From NCBI GenBank assembly GCA_014727915.1, contig WJMO01000005.1:352001-416000 (forward strand): a DNA stretch of 64,000 bases, written 5' to 3'. The notes beneath the pieces were generated by a model. It was not told where the DNA came from, searched no databases, and saw nothing but the letters and a program-made list of their open reading frames with translations. This DNA is from Candidatus Altiarchaeales archaeon (GTDB taxonomy: Archaea; Altiarchaeota; Altiarchaeia; IMC4; SCGC-AAA252-I15). Position 1 is the first letter of the stretch; every line of letters begins with the position of its first letter. This document shows, piece after piece, positions 8,760 through 18,819 of the stretch. The position numbers were made by a program, and so were the translations under genes.

Positions 8760-10736
8760 ATGACTAACGCGTTTCACGTAACCGTCATGTTATTGGCCCT
8801 GCTTATTCTGTCGCATGCTTCGGCCGAACCGGCAGCTCAGAACACTACGGACACCACAGGCCCGGGAGACAGTCTGGGATGCACTGACTCGGACGAAGAC
8901 TTCGACATATACACAAAGGGCAGCGTGACCGCTGACGGGGTTCTGAGGGAGGACTATTGCAGCGGGGAGACCACCTTGTACGAGGCCAGGTGCGGTGATG
9001 GCAGCCCATACTACACCCACTCCGATTGCAAGCTGGGCTGCAGTGACGGGGCCTGCGTCAGGGAGTCTAGCGTATGCGCCCCCGAAGACGGTGATAGGGT
9101 CTACACGGGACAGGGTGCTTTCCAACCAGGAGACTTCATGGTGGTCTCCCACAATCTCTACGAGTACGTTGGCGTCGCTGAACTGCCCGCTTCGCAGAAC
9201 AGGGTGAAGCTGACCCTCCGGGACACCGGCTGCGAATACCATGAGCTCGAGTTGGACCCTATAACGGGGGACAGGATAGTATATACTATAAAACAGACGG
9301 GGGAGGCGCTATTCATCGAATTGGACAAGAGGATATTCGACACCACCGCATACTATGGCAGCTTCAACAACGTCGACCTGCTGCTTGACGGCGGCCGACT
9401 CTACACCTACGCTCCCAGGCTGGACGGGGAGATATGCGGGAACAGGGATGCCCTATCATGGGACAACAACCTCGGCGGGAGGCTTCTGGAGGACGTGAAC
9501 CCGCTCATATGCCCGAACCTCGGCAGATGCGATGACAGCGACGGAGGCCAGAACCCCTATGAGAAGGGAACAGTACTCACCCCTGACGAGTCCTTCTATG
9601 ACGTTTGCTTCAGCGAGGGCGAGCTCGTCGAATACTACTGCGCGGGAGAAAGCGCAAAGTCCGCGAGGCTCAACTGCAGCGGGTCGTGCAGTGATGGCGC
9701 ATGCGTCAAGGGCGGTGACGAGCTCTTCATATACGACGAGTATCCGACGGATGCCCTGGAGGTGGCTAACATACCGGTCCTAGCCAAGCTCTCGGTCCGC
9801 ACTCGCGGGGGCTCGGGGAATGGGATGGCGAACTGCAGCTACAAGTACGGTGACATGGATTATGCGCCGTTCGAGATCACCGGAGACACCGGCCACAGTC
9901 ACAAGCTCATGTTCCAAAATGAAGGCTTGAACATAGTCTATGTCAGGTGTGCGGACCCCTCTGGGGCAGAGGACTACAGCAAGATATCCTTCACGGTCGA
10001 CCTCCCGGACGACTGCGATGACAGCGACGGCGGCCTGAGCTTCTACAAGGCGGGGTCTGTAGCGTCCAACGGCCGGACGATAGAGGACAGGTGCGTGGGT
10101 GGAGCTCTCCTGGAGGCTTTCTGCAGCCTGGATGTTGGGGAGATGCCTCCAGCCTACGACTGCGAAGCAGGCGCATGCACAGCCGAATACTACTGCCAGC
10201 ACGGGTGCGAGAACGGCGCATGCATGGTAAAAGTAATGCCAGATACCGTCAGGATAAGGCTTTTTGAGGGGTGGAACCTGGTCGCCCTCCCCGGCGGCGG
10301 CACACTGGAGAAGGGCTCATGCGACTCTATCGTGGGGTTCGTCATGGTCGACGGAGAATACCACACCCTCCAGGAGGCTTCGGGGATGCTTGGCGGAGAC
10401 CTGATGGCGTACCTAAGCATCCATGCCTTCTGGGTGCACACGGGCGAGTACTGCAGGCTACAGTTCAAAGCCAGCTCGCACACTTCCCCTGATGGCCTGT
10501 CATTGGATGCCGGGTGGAACCTCGTGCCTGTGGCGAGAGACATGGTCGGGAAGAGCATGTCAGGCCTATCGGGCGACTGCGTGTTCACAGAATATTACCT
10601 GTGGGATGCCGCCGGCCAGGAGTGGGAGGGGAAGGACAGCTCATACAAGTTCACCGAGTCTGAAAGATACGGTGGGGTTTTGTTGAAGGCCGAGGGCAGA
10701 TGCGACCTTGCCCCCTCAGAATCTCAGGAGGTGTGA
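8760..10736 (+). CDS. Secreted Cys-rich repeat surface protein
   Basis: Signal peptide; three copies of CxDSD..Y.KG.V..D.C..L.E..C..C..GAC; two C-terminal GWNLV repeats. Confidence 0.8.
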   Translation: MTNAFHVTVMLLALLILSHASAEPAAQNTTDTTGPGDSLGCTDSDEDFDIYTKGSVTADGVLREDYCSGETTLYEARCGDGSPYYTHSDCKLGCSDGACVRESSVCAPEDGDRVYTGQGAFQPGDFMVVSHNLYEYVGVAELPASQNRVKLTLRDTGCEYHELELDPITGDRIVYTIKQTGEALFIELDKRIFDTTAYYGSFNNVDLLLDGGRLYTYAPRLDGEICGNRDALSWDNNLGGRLLEDVNPLICPNLGRCDDSDGGQNPYEKGTVLTPDESFYDVCFSEGELVEYYCAGESAKSARLNCSGSCSDGACVKGGDELFIYDEYPTDALEVANIPVLAKLSVRTRGGSGNGMANCSYKYGDMDYAPFEITGDTGHSHKLMFQNEGLNIVYVRCADPSGAEDYSKISFTVDLPDDCDDSDGGLSFYKAGSVASNGRTIEDRCVGGALLEAFCSLDVGEMPPAYDCEAGACTAEYYCQHGCENGACMVKVMPDTVRIRLFEGWNLVALPGGGTLEKGSCDSIVGFVMVDGEYHTLQEASGMLGGDLMAYLSIHAFWVHTGEYCRLQFKASSHTSPDGLSLDAGWNLVPVARDMVGKSMSGLSGDCVFTEYYLWDAAGQEWEGKDSSYKFTESERYGGVLLKAEGRCDLAPSESQEV

Positions 10737-10741
10737 AGGAC

Positions 10742-10930
10742 ATGAAGAGGATATCAGCCCTTTTGTTGGCGGTGATTCTGCTTTCGGGTTGCGTGGGCGA
10801 CACGGTGGTAGAACCGCAGGTCACCCAGTCAACCACCACGTTGGCTTCTTTCCCGGCAGACGGGGGGGACTCGATAGACGGCATCTTCGACGACCCCGGG
10901 GGCATAAGGCCGCCGCCGATGCCGTCTTGA
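10742..10930 (+). CDS. Small lipoprotein (62 aa)
   Basis: MKRISALLLAVILLSGC lipobox; GGAGGTG ribosome-binding site upstream. Confidence 0.7.
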   Translation: MKRISALLLAVILLSGCVGDTVVEPQVTQSTTTLASFPADGGDSIDGIFDDPGGIRPPPMPS

Positions 10931-10961
10931 CTTTTTATCCGCTTTCTTCCCAGATATTAAC

Positions 10962-11756
10962 ATGGCCTTGGACCGTCTCGCAGCCCCCGGACCCCCAGGC
11001 CCCCTATCGGACGTTCCTGCCGTCATCTTCGACCTGGATGGGACGTTGATAGACGTTGACGTCTTCAGGCCGAGATTCGACGTCGGAGACCTGAAATCCG
11101 ACCGTGCATATTCGACCAACTCCTACCTACAATCCCTCAGGGATGGTGGCTTCGACCTCTGGCTGGTTCGCAAGAGCATTGCCAACGTCGGCAGCGAAAT
11201 ACCATCTAAGAGTTTCATTGGTGGTTGGAGTTCTGTGAAAGGCCATTTTAAGAGCCTTGAATCCGAGGGCAAAACCCCGGAGGAGATATCTTCTGCCCTG
11301 GCTGATGTATACAAAATGGATAATCTGCCCCCCGACCTGAGGAGGAGGTATGAGCTGAGGTTCAGGCAGATGGCCTTCCATGACATGAGACGCGCTGGGC
11401 TGGAAACCAAGCTTTTCACCGGATTTGAGCCCGCTGTTCTGACCCAGTACTCGGCTGCCGGCGACCTGCCTGCCAGGGCTAAGGCAGAGAAGTTCAAGCA
11501 GATCATCGAGAGCCGCCGATACGACCCGAACAGGGTCCTCATCGTCGGCGACGACCCTTCAGTCGAGGGCAGGGCTGCTGAAATACTCCGGGAGCACTAT
11601 GGCCTTCCCAAATCACTGCCTTTCGTGCACGTTGGCGTCTGCACATTCAGGGGGTCGGAGCCTCACAAGCCATTGCGCGACTACGGCCTACACATGCACT
11701 TCACCGAATCACCTGCTCCTCAACGGAATTTCCAACGCCCCCGGGGCATGAACTGA
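10962..11756 (+). CDS. Divergent HAD-superfamily hydrolase
   Basis: Motif I VIFDLDGTL and motif IV VLIVGDD. Confidence 0.72.
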   Translation: MALDRLAAPGPPGPLSDVPAVIFDLDGTLIDVDVFRPRFDVGDLKSDRAYSTNSYLQSLRDGGFDLWLVRKSIANVGSEIPSKSFIGGWSSVKGHFKSLESEGKTPEEISSALADVYKMDNLPPDLRRRYELRFRQMAFHDMRRAGLETKLFTGFEPAVLTQYSAAGDLPARAKAEKFKQIIESRRYDPNRVLIVGDDPSVEGRAAEILREHYGLPKSLPFVHVGVCTFRGSEPHKPLRDYGLHMHFTESPAPQRNFQRPRGMN

Positions 11757-11766
11757 CCTCTAATCA

Positions 11767-13344
11767 ATGTTATTACCTACACCTTCCCATAATTCTATCA
11801 TTATGCCTGAATGGTATGACCGCCGCAACCTGCTTGACCGTAATCCTGTGCTGACAAGGGATGGTAAGAGCGTTCCATTAGATGATGCCCTGCCACTGCT
11901 ATCCGAGTTCGGGAAGGGCGAGTCACAACGTTACCGGGACTTTGACCGGGCATGTGAGGAGGCTCCCGGTGCCACCCTATTCGGCAGGACAAGGGACGGG
12001 TGGGTCTACGCCGTGAATGCCCCTGCTGACCGGCTTTCTGGGATTGGCGTGGGGTTGAAGAGCCCTGAACTGGCGGCGTTCGACCGCAAGTACCGGATCA
12101 TCCAAACCCCAGAGGACCCAAAGACCAGGGCTTTGGTCGGCCGTGACCCTTTTCTCACGGACACTGGGGTGTTCGACTTCTTCGTTGTCCTCATAGGGCA
12201 AAAGCTCCTGGAAGCCGATGAGGGCAGGCACTCTCCCCTTCCGAACGACCGGCAGACAGAGGACGGCCTCATCCGGATGATATACTCCGCATACGGCGAC
12301 CGAGGGCTTAACTGGCTCCAGGAGATCGCTGACGCGGGCGGCCAGCGTAGCAGGTTCGGACACGACCCCGACCTTTCCGCGGTGGCTTCCGCGTTCATGT
12401 GCTCCAAGCAGCTCTTCACCGACCAGGCCAGCATGGACGCTCTCCTGGGCGAATACCGTGGTTGCAGGGAGTTCTGGCGCGGAGTCCCAGGAGTCGGCGC
12501 CAGTATCCTGCCCCATAAGGTCTTCCACGCGGCCTACGAGTTCAGCCACATATACACAAGCGAGGACATAAGCCGCGAGTACGATGTCATGGAGGGTGCT
12601 CTTTCGCGGACTGGCATCCCATTCCGCCGCGTCGACCTGGCGTTGGACGAGTACTGGCCGAAGGACATCAGGAGCTGGTCCCCGGACCAGAGCTACTGTG
12701 TGGAGTGCGTTGACAAGCGGAAGGTTCCTGTGCTGAGCAGAGCATCTGACTACTGGATCTCCCATTCTAACGTGCCTCACAGGATAAGCAACGGCGGGGG
12801 GATAGTCCACGGCTTCGGGAAGACCCCCTATGCAATCACTATGGGCACGATCCCAGACTCCGAGGTCAAGGGTTACTTGGAGGCGTTGAAGCGTGTGCCA
12901 GGCTATGAGGATACCGCGCATTTCAGGTTCCCCTTCGGTTTCATGCGCGTTCCCATCGGAGGCAGGTTCCAGGATTTCGAGTGGCAGGACCCTGACATGA
13001 ACCTTGACACGTTCACGGCAGCCGACACAGAGCATGGCCGGAACGGCTTGTGGGTCGACCCCTTCTACCACCGGGCCTTGCAGGGCCATCCCGCATTCAA
13101 GGACTTCAAAGAATACCACGGCGATGAGGTTCTCATCCTTGAGAGCCACCCTGATGAGACGAAGTTCCACCCGCAGAACACCTCATGGGTGGCGCCGGGG
13201 TTGAAGGCATACAACCACTGCCCAAAGTCCCTTGACATACTGCGTCCGACGGAGGGGAGGCATCTCGTATTGGACGAGCCCGTCTGCCGGATCCACCGCC
13301 ACGGCGGAGGAATGGGCTGCAACATGGGAATGGAACTCATTTGA
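11767..13344 (+). CDS. Divergent pentein-fold (arginine deiminase/amidinotransferase-like) protein
   Basis: Motifs in ADI order: YWPKD, SNGGGIV, MNLDTF, NTSWVAPG and C-terminal GGGMGCNM; start may be 11803. Confidence 0.55.
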   Translation: MLLPTPSHNSIIMPEWYDRRNLLDRNPVLTRDGKSVPLDDALPLLSEFGKGESQRYRDFDRACEEAPGATLFGRTRDGWVYAVNAPADRLSGIGVGLKSPELAAFDRKYRIIQTPEDPKTRALVGRDPFLTDTGVFDFFVVLIGQKLLEADEGRHSPLPNDRQTEDGLIRMIYSAYGDRGLNWLQEIADAGGQRSRFGHDPDLSAVASAFMCSKQLFTDQASMDALLGEYRGCREFWRGVPGVGASILPHKVFHAAYEFSHIYTSEDISREYDVMEGALSRTGIPFRRVDLALDEYWPKDIRSWSPDQSYCVECVDKRKVPVLSRASDYWISHSNVPHRISNGGGIVHGFGKTPYAITMGTIPDSEVKGYLEALKRVPGYEDTAHFRFPFGFMRVPIGGRFQDFEWQDPDMNLDTFTAADTEHGRNGLWVDPFYHRALQGHPAFKDFKEYHGDEVLILESHPDETKFHPQNTSWVAPGLKAYNHCPKSLDILRPTEGRHLVLDEPVCRIHRHGGGMGCNMGMELI

Positions 13345-13547
13345 TCTTATCGATTATTCACATGTGGTCCCCTAACTAATCATTGTTTATCCTCTGACCT
13401 TCCTCCTCTTTCGCCAGATGAGCATGATGGCCGCCGATAGAACCAGTGCTTTGCATCCCACGTCAGAGGCGGTGCCTGCACAATCAGTAATGCCATCAGG
13501 ATATTCCGTCCACCCCTAAGAAATCAGTGCAAGCCGGGGAATATAAC

Positions 13548-14279
13548 CTATCTCGCCTTTTTCTCCCTGTACTTCGACGCTCTCCTCCCGGTCTCAGGGT
13601 CTACTCCGACCATCCGGTAGTGTGTTGTCAGGTCGTTCCGGGGGTCGGGTTGGCCGTGGTATCCGTAGGTGTCGAATATGGGCCCTTCACTATCCTTCCT
13701 GAATCCGAGGCGCTCGAAGAGGTCCAGGAACCTGTCTCTGACGTCGTCGGGCAAGAATCCCACCCTGGCCTCTCCCTGGTGCGCCATTGCGTGGTCCCTT
13801 GCTATCCTGAGCGCCGGCATCAGAACCCCTGTCTTCCTCAGTGATGGGTCCAGGTACATGTGCCCGAGGTCTTTCCCCCTTGCTGATATGAATCCCATAG
13901 CCCACTCGAGGCTTTCCCTGCAGCCCCTCACCCTTATGGAACCGTCCTTCTTGTCGAACCTGAGCGCGTAGTAGCTGCAGTGGTAGTGTGTTCTACCGGT
14001 GAAGGGCATGACGAGAGTTCCCTTATCGGTCTCCACTGGTATCTTCACTGTTTCCCCGCCCGGCGTTCTGAAATCCAGGGTGCCTGTCTCCAGTCCTTTG
14101 TCCAGGCTTTCATCGGATGGCAGGGTGAGCATCCTGAGGCTTTCGACGTGTTGGTCTCCGTATCCGACCCTCTTCCTGAGCTCTTTTAGGTCTTCGAACA
14201 CCCTCCGCCTTTCAACGCCTTCCAGTCCTTCAAGCCGCCTTAATTGCTCGTCGGAGAGGACCCTCCTCCGCAAGGCCAT
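13548..14279 (-). CDS. Divergent GNAT-like acetyltransferase
   Basis: Motif A-like MYLDPSLRKTGV and motif B-like LFERLGF. Confidence 0.55.
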   Translation of the reverse strand: MALRRRVLSDEQLRRLEGLEGVERRRVFEDLKELRKRVGYGDQHVESLRMLTLPSDESLDKGLETGTLDFRTPGGETVKIPVETDKGTLVMPFTGRTHYHCSYYALRFDKKDGSIRVRGCRESLEWAMGFISARGKDLGHMYLDPSLRKTGVLMPALRIARDHAMAHQGEARVGFLPDDVRDRFLDLFERLGFRKDSEGPIFDTYGYHGQPDPRNDLTTHYRMVGVDPETGRRASKYREKKAR

Positions 14280-14312
14280 ATGGTATAAAGGGGAAGACGC
14301 GGTAAAATAATG

Positions 14313-14711
14313 CTATACCTCCTCGGTCAATCGCCCCTCCTTAAGCCAGTCCAGGGCTTCCCGGTAGTCTGTGAATGCTTTCATCGCGTATCCCTGGTTG
14401 TTGTAGACGTCCTCCATGAACTTGATGTCCTCCGTGATCTCCGGGTGCACCCCGGCTATCCTGGTGGTCTTGGGTATGCCCATCTCCGAGATGGTCTTGG
14501 GCCGGTCGTATTGGGCGGTGATCGAAGTCTTCAGGTTGCATTCCCTGTAGTCGCATAGGAGCTTCTGCGTTCCATGCTCTTTTATCTCCTCCGCGACCTT
14601 TTTGATGGCGTCTTCGTCGGCTGTCATGTCGTAGTCTCCGATGAGGCGGAGGACGAGTATCTCCTCCCCGTCCGTGAGATCGAACTCTATGCTATACCTG
14701 TCGGATGCCAT
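14313..14711 (-). CDS. STAS/SpoIIAA-like small protein
   Basis: KLLCDYR, RIAGV and MKAFTDYREALDWL pattern typical of SpoIIAA-like proteins. Confidence 0.65.
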   Translation of the reverse strand: MASDRYSIEFDLTDGEEILVLRLIGDYDMTADEDAIKKVAEEIKEHGTQKLLCDYRECNLKTSITAQYDRPKTISEMGIPKTTRIAGVHPEITEDIKFMEDVYNNQGYAMKAFTDYREALDWLKEGRLTEEV

Positions 14712-14858
14712 ATTAGAAGAAATGGAGAATAACCCACTGTTAAAGTGATTGGATGTCTACCTTAAAAGGGTAGAATATCCTAACTGTGCCTGTCCTCTCG
14801 GGGATTACCTTTTCGAAACCACCGGGTATTTATGCCTCTAAGGGATATTCTCTCCGAT

Positions 14859-15284
14859 ATGAGGCTTTTGTCTTTGTCTTTGTCCCTGGTGCTGTTGTTC
14901 TCGGGGTGTGTCAGCCAAGGGCAGCAAGGCGGCACGGCAGAGGATTCTGCCATGCGCCATGTCCCTGATGAGGGGGGAGCGGATGGCTCTCCAGGAGTCG
15001 TTAGGTTCTCCCTTACCGGCGTGAACTACCGGTTCCTCATGGACGGGGTTGAGAACCCGACTTTGAGGGTCCGCCAGGGCGATACTGTCCGGGTCGAGTT
15101 CACGAGCGCCGAGGGCTTTCACGACTGGGTGGTGGACGAGTTCGACGCTGCGACGGATAAGGTCAGCGCGCCGGCTTCGACGTATGTGGAGTTCGTCGCG
15201 GACAAGAAGGGATCCTTCGAATACTACTGCAGCGTGGGCCAGCACCGCCAGCAGGGTATGGAAGGGGAACTGATAGTGGAATAG
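14859..15284 (+). CDS. Cupredoxin (plastocyanin-like) lipoprotein
   Basis: FSGC lipobox; type-1 Cu ligands in GFHDW and YYCSVGQHRQQGM. Confidence 0.9.
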   Translation: MRLLSLSLSLVLLFSGCVSQGQQGGTAEDSAMRHVPDEGGADGSPGVVRFSLTGVNYRFLMDGVENPTLRVRQGDTVRVEFTSAEGFHDWVVDEFDAATDKVSAPASTYVEFVADKKGSFEYYCSVGQHRQQGMEGELIVE

Positions 15285-15323
15285 GGGGCATGTTTTAAAG
15301 CATCTCTGTGAATACCTTATCTG

Positions 15324-16334
15324 ATGAGGGCGTTCCTTCCTTTCCTGCTGGTGTTCATGTGCGGCTGCCTCTGTTGCGCGCCCTTCGACTTCTACACCAC
15401 CACTACCACCACTACCACGACGTTGCCTCCCTCTTTTGACCTGGGTTTTGTCGTGATGTACAACTGGGGTCCATGTGATGCTGGCTACGGCTATGAGGCC
15501 GTTCAGTTATACGGTGATGGTGAGGGCTACTACGCCTTCAACAACACCGTGACAGGCCAGTATTCGTCTAACACTTTCAAGGTTCCGAAGTCTGAGTTGG
15601 AGTCTCTGCTCAGGACCATCGACGGGAGCGGTTTCAAAGAGCTTGAGTCAGAGAACGATGATGATATGTTCTTCGACCCTGGCATCGATGGCGGGGCCTG
15701 CAGGCTGTTGACTGTCTACGACTCCGTTGACTCCGTATATGACACGCGATATAACGCGTTCGTGTCGGGTGTGGACCTGCCCGAAGTCGATAGGGTGGGT
15801 GATCATCTGGTATCCATACTTAACACCTACGGTGGCAGAACTGCTCGTTTCACCCCTCCGCCAACTGTGATAGTCACTTCCACCACGGCCACAACATCCT
15901 CTACTCTACCCGACTATAGCAGCTTCCGCGAGGACGTGATGGTGGATTACATCTGGGGGTCCTGCTGGCTTGGGGACCCGCTGGAGGGTGTTGTGATATT
16001 GGACAGCGGACTTGCAGGGTACTACTACAACGACACCGACGACAACCTCCACGCCTTCCAGGAGTTCACACTCACGCAGTCGGAGATGACGTATCTAAAG
16101 GCTGCGATACGCCAGAACCAGTTCTTCACCCTCGACTACGACTACCTGGGCTCCAACCGGGAGGAGAGCCACTGCTCCGCCCTCTATATCCACCTCGACG
16201 GGAAGCGGAGTAACGTCCAGGTGAAGAACATCCACGTCCCACGGTACAGGAACGTCGCCCAACGCCTGGAGAACATCGCCTACAAGCACAAGCCCACCTA
16301 CCTGCCAGAACTACCGGATTACCCGCTGGCTTGA
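15324..16334 (+). CDS. Lipoprotein with two repeated beta-rich domains separated by Thr stalks
   Basis: CGCLCC N-terminus; repeat YNWGPC..V.LYGDG.G.Y versus YIWGSC..VVILDSG.AGY. Confidence 0.7.
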   Translation: MRAFLPFLLVFMCGCLCCAPFDFYTTTTTTTTTLPPSFDLGFVVMYNWGPCDAGYGYEAVQLYGDGEGYYAFNNTVTGQYSSNTFKVPKSELESLLRTIDGSGFKELESENDDDMFFDPGIDGGACRLLTVYDSVDSVYDTRYNAFVSGVDLPEVDRVGDHLVSILNTYGGRTARFTPPPTVIVTSTTATTSSTLPDYSSFREDVMVDYIWGSCWLGDPLEGVVILDSGLAGYYYNDTDDNLHAFQEFTLTQSEMTYLKAAIRQNQFFTLDYDYLGSNREESHCSALYIHLDGKRSNVQVKNIHVPRYRNVAQRLENIAYKHKPTYLPELPDYPLA

Positions 16335-16356
16335 ACCTCGCCTATGTGTTGGCTGT

Positions 16357-18819
16357 TTAGAGGTATTCGTGCCAGTCTTCTCCTTCCAGCTTTCGGATTA
16401 TCCTGTTGGCTCCGTCGCTGAAGGCTATCTCACCCTCCACCCCCTCCCTAAGGCATTCAGCAGTGTTGCTGTGGTCCAGTATTCTTGTTGATACTGCGAG
16501 CAGCAGCTGGGGGTGGCGTGTTTTGTCGGGTATCCTTTCGAGGGCGTCGTTTATCCTCACGACATCCGACCTCAACCCCCTTTCCTGCAGCAGCCTCAAC
16601 GCATTCCGGATGGTCTCCTGGGGTGTTCCATACTGGCTTTCTCCGGAGGACCTGTTAGCCCACCTCTTCCACGCGTTCATGAGCGGGTTATCGTCTGCCC
16701 TGCGGGGGTTCGGCCTGTCCGTTTCCTTTGCGGGTGTTGGGGTTGATGTCGGGTTTCCCGCGGGCCTTGGAGGCCTCACCCCGCCCGCGTTCTCCACTGG
16801 ATCTGCCGTCGGAGGCTCTGAGGCCCTGGCTGCGGGTGTTGCATGCTTTACAGGCGGCTCTGGTCTTGTTCCAATTGCTTCCGCCTGTTGTGTTGGGGCT
16901 GCCTGGGTTAAGTCCAGGTTCCTGGTGGCGGTGGTGTACAGGTCTCTGCCGTTTTCAACGTCTGCTAATCCTATCCGGAACCCGTTGTCTGCCGCTAACA
17001 GCAACTCCCTCGGTTGTCCTATCCCCCTTAGGTGTTCCATGTATAGCCTGGCCATGGTGGGCCAGTTGTCCCATTCGTCTGCGTGTGATATGATCTCCCG
17101 GACTGCACCGTTGACTACTTCAACATTCAAGCCCGGTTCCCTCCTGGATTCAGTGTCGACTTCCAGGGTCATACCTGCGAGCGCCCGGGCTTCCGCGTGT
17201 GTCAGCCCCTCTTCTCTAACCCAGTCTCCCATCCTCTCCAGGTCAGGCCTGCCAGCTCTGAGCTCGTTCAACGCGTTTCTGCGGGTCGCACAGACTGGGA
17301 TGTCCGGGTTTTCTCTGTCGGTCCATCTGGCTATGGTCTTAGCGTCTACGTCGAATCCTTCAGGCAGCTGGGAGAATATCTGGGGCGGGGTCAGCCTTTC
17401 ATCCCATGTGTGTATCTCCATAACCCTGTCGTACTGGGCTAGCGTGTAGGCTGTCTTCTCCCTTTTTGCAGCGGCTTCCAGTGACTGTGTGGTCTCCGGT
17501 TCCGGCGGCCCGAACGCCCGGCATATGGGGTTATCCTGGTCGGTCGGGTACACTCTCCTCTGGAATTCCCTTATGGAGTTCGGGTCTTGGATGTTGATGT
17601 ATGACTGGCTGCCCCCGGATACAGTGGATTGTACTCCGATCCTGTCCAGTTGGAGGGCAACCTCTTCCAGGAGCGTTTCTCCCCCCGCCTGCGGCAGGAC
17701 TATGCTATTCTTCCCCACAGAGCAGGTCTTGTCTGCGAATCCTCTCACATACGCTGCCACTTCAAGCTCTGAGACCATGTGGCCGCATGGTGTCCGTTGG
17801 TTGAAATCCGTTGCTTCATTCAATCTTCTGCGGAGCTCCTGCGATATGAACTGCACATGGTATGCACCTCCCAGTTTATCTGTTCGTGGGTTTTCCCCGA
17901 CCTCCATCACCTCATTCTCCAATGGTTGTTGCATTCCTGCTCTGAAGTTCTCCACAATCCTCCTGTTGTCGTTTGTGGCCTTTATGACTCCCTGGTCGTT
18001 GGCGCCGCTTCTCCCCCCCACGTCGCTCATGGCCTGCCAGTATCCGAGGAAATAGGAGAAGGGAAGGTTCTCCTCGGTTGGGAAGTTGACTGCTCCTGAC
18101 TTGAGCTTGGGCGTGACTGTCGGCTGGTTTGATATGGCTAGGGGGAGTCTGCCCTCTGAAATCCATCCTCTGATCTGCTTCACCGACGCGCCCGCCCCAA
18201 CCCCCGTGACATTGGGGTGTGCAGCCGCCTCCGGGCCGCTGTAACCGTCTTGTATCAGGGATAGCGCAGCCCGGAACTGTCTGGCCGCGTCCTCGATCTT
18301 CTTCCGCTCCCCCTGGAAGGCTCCTTCCGGCTTCTTTTCGAGGGTGTATCTCCGCCGCTGGTCTCGGATCGCTTCAGTAGCTATCGCTTCGACTTCCTCC
18401 ACCCTTTTGATGGGGGGTGGGCCTGCCTTGTAGGACAGTGTGCCTTTGGGGTTCCTCACAACCACGGGTATGCTGCTCCCAACATACGATTGCAGGCTCG
18501 GCTCTCGACCTGCCTTATCCCCCGTCTGCTCGACTCTCCTGATAAGCTCCGTGAAGTTCCGGCCGAACCGTCGTTTCTCAGTGGTTGAGGGTTCAAGTGC
18601 AAGTCCCTGTCTTCTAATCTGTCCTCTCCGTCGTTGGTCGATCAGCCCCTCGTATTTCTCTCCGAAATATCTGAGGACGTCTTCGTTGGATCGTGTTTGG
18701 CTTCTGAATTCCTCCACTTCCTTGGGTGTGAGATCAGGGTCAACTATCTCAATGCCTACGCGTCCATCCACCTTGACAGGCCTGATGGCCGGACCCTTCT
18801 TTGGAGGAGTCATATCCAT
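16357..18819 (-). CDS. Large protein with a degenerate LAGLIDADG homing-endonuclease-like domain flanked by HTH-like motifs
   Basis: FSYFLGYWQAMSD and AAYVRGFADKTCSV resemble the two LAGLIDADG helices; LLEEVALQLDRIGVQS follows; VKQIRGW and AKTIARW are HTH-like; start uncertain. Confidence 0.55.
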   Translation of the reverse strand: MDMTPPKKGPAIRPVKVDGRVGIEIVDPDLTPKEVEEFRSQTRSNEDVLRYFGEKYEGLIDQRRRGQIRRQGLALEPSTTEKRRFGRNFTELIRRVEQTGDKAGREPSLQSYVGSSIPVVVRNPKGTLSYKAGPPPIKRVEEVEAIATEAIRDQRRRYTLEKKPEGAFQGERKKIEDAARQFRAALSLIQDGYSGPEAAAHPNVTGVGAGASVKQIRGWISEGRLPLAISNQPTVTPKLKSGAVNFPTEENLPFSYFLGYWQAMSDVGGRSGANDQGVIKATNDNRRIVENFRAGMQQPLENEVMEVGENPRTDKLGGAYHVQFISQELRRRLNEATDFNQRTPCGHMVSELEVAAYVRGFADKTCSVGKNSIVLPQAGGETLLEEVALQLDRIGVQSTVSGGSQSYINIQDPNSIREFQRRVYPTDQDNPICRAFGPPEPETTQSLEAAAKREKTAYTLAQYDRVMEIHTWDERLTPPQIFSQLPEGFDVDAKTIARWTDRENPDIPVCATRRNALNELRAGRPDLERMGDWVREEGLTHAEARALAGMTLEVDTESRREPGLNVEVVNGAVREIISHADEWDNWPTMARLYMEHLRGIGQPRELLLAADNGFRIGLADVENGRDLYTTATRNLDLTQAAPTQQAEAIGTRPEPPVKHATPAARASEPPTADPVENAGGVRPPRPAGNPTSTPTPAKETDRPNPRRADDNPLMNAWKRWANRSSGESQYGTPQETIRNALRLLQERGLRSDVVRINDALERIPDKTRHPQLLLAVSTRILDHSNTAECLREGVEGEIAFSDGANRIIRKLEGEDWHEYL

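Noticed and set aside
8491-8760. NrpR operator upstream of glnA
   Set aside because: No GGAA-N6-TTCC found; the closest match has the wrong spacing.
11977-17449. Long antisense ORFs (11977-13170, 16406-17449 and similar)
   Set aside because: Shadow frames of GC-rich genes with no motifs; the opposite strand has the credible protein.
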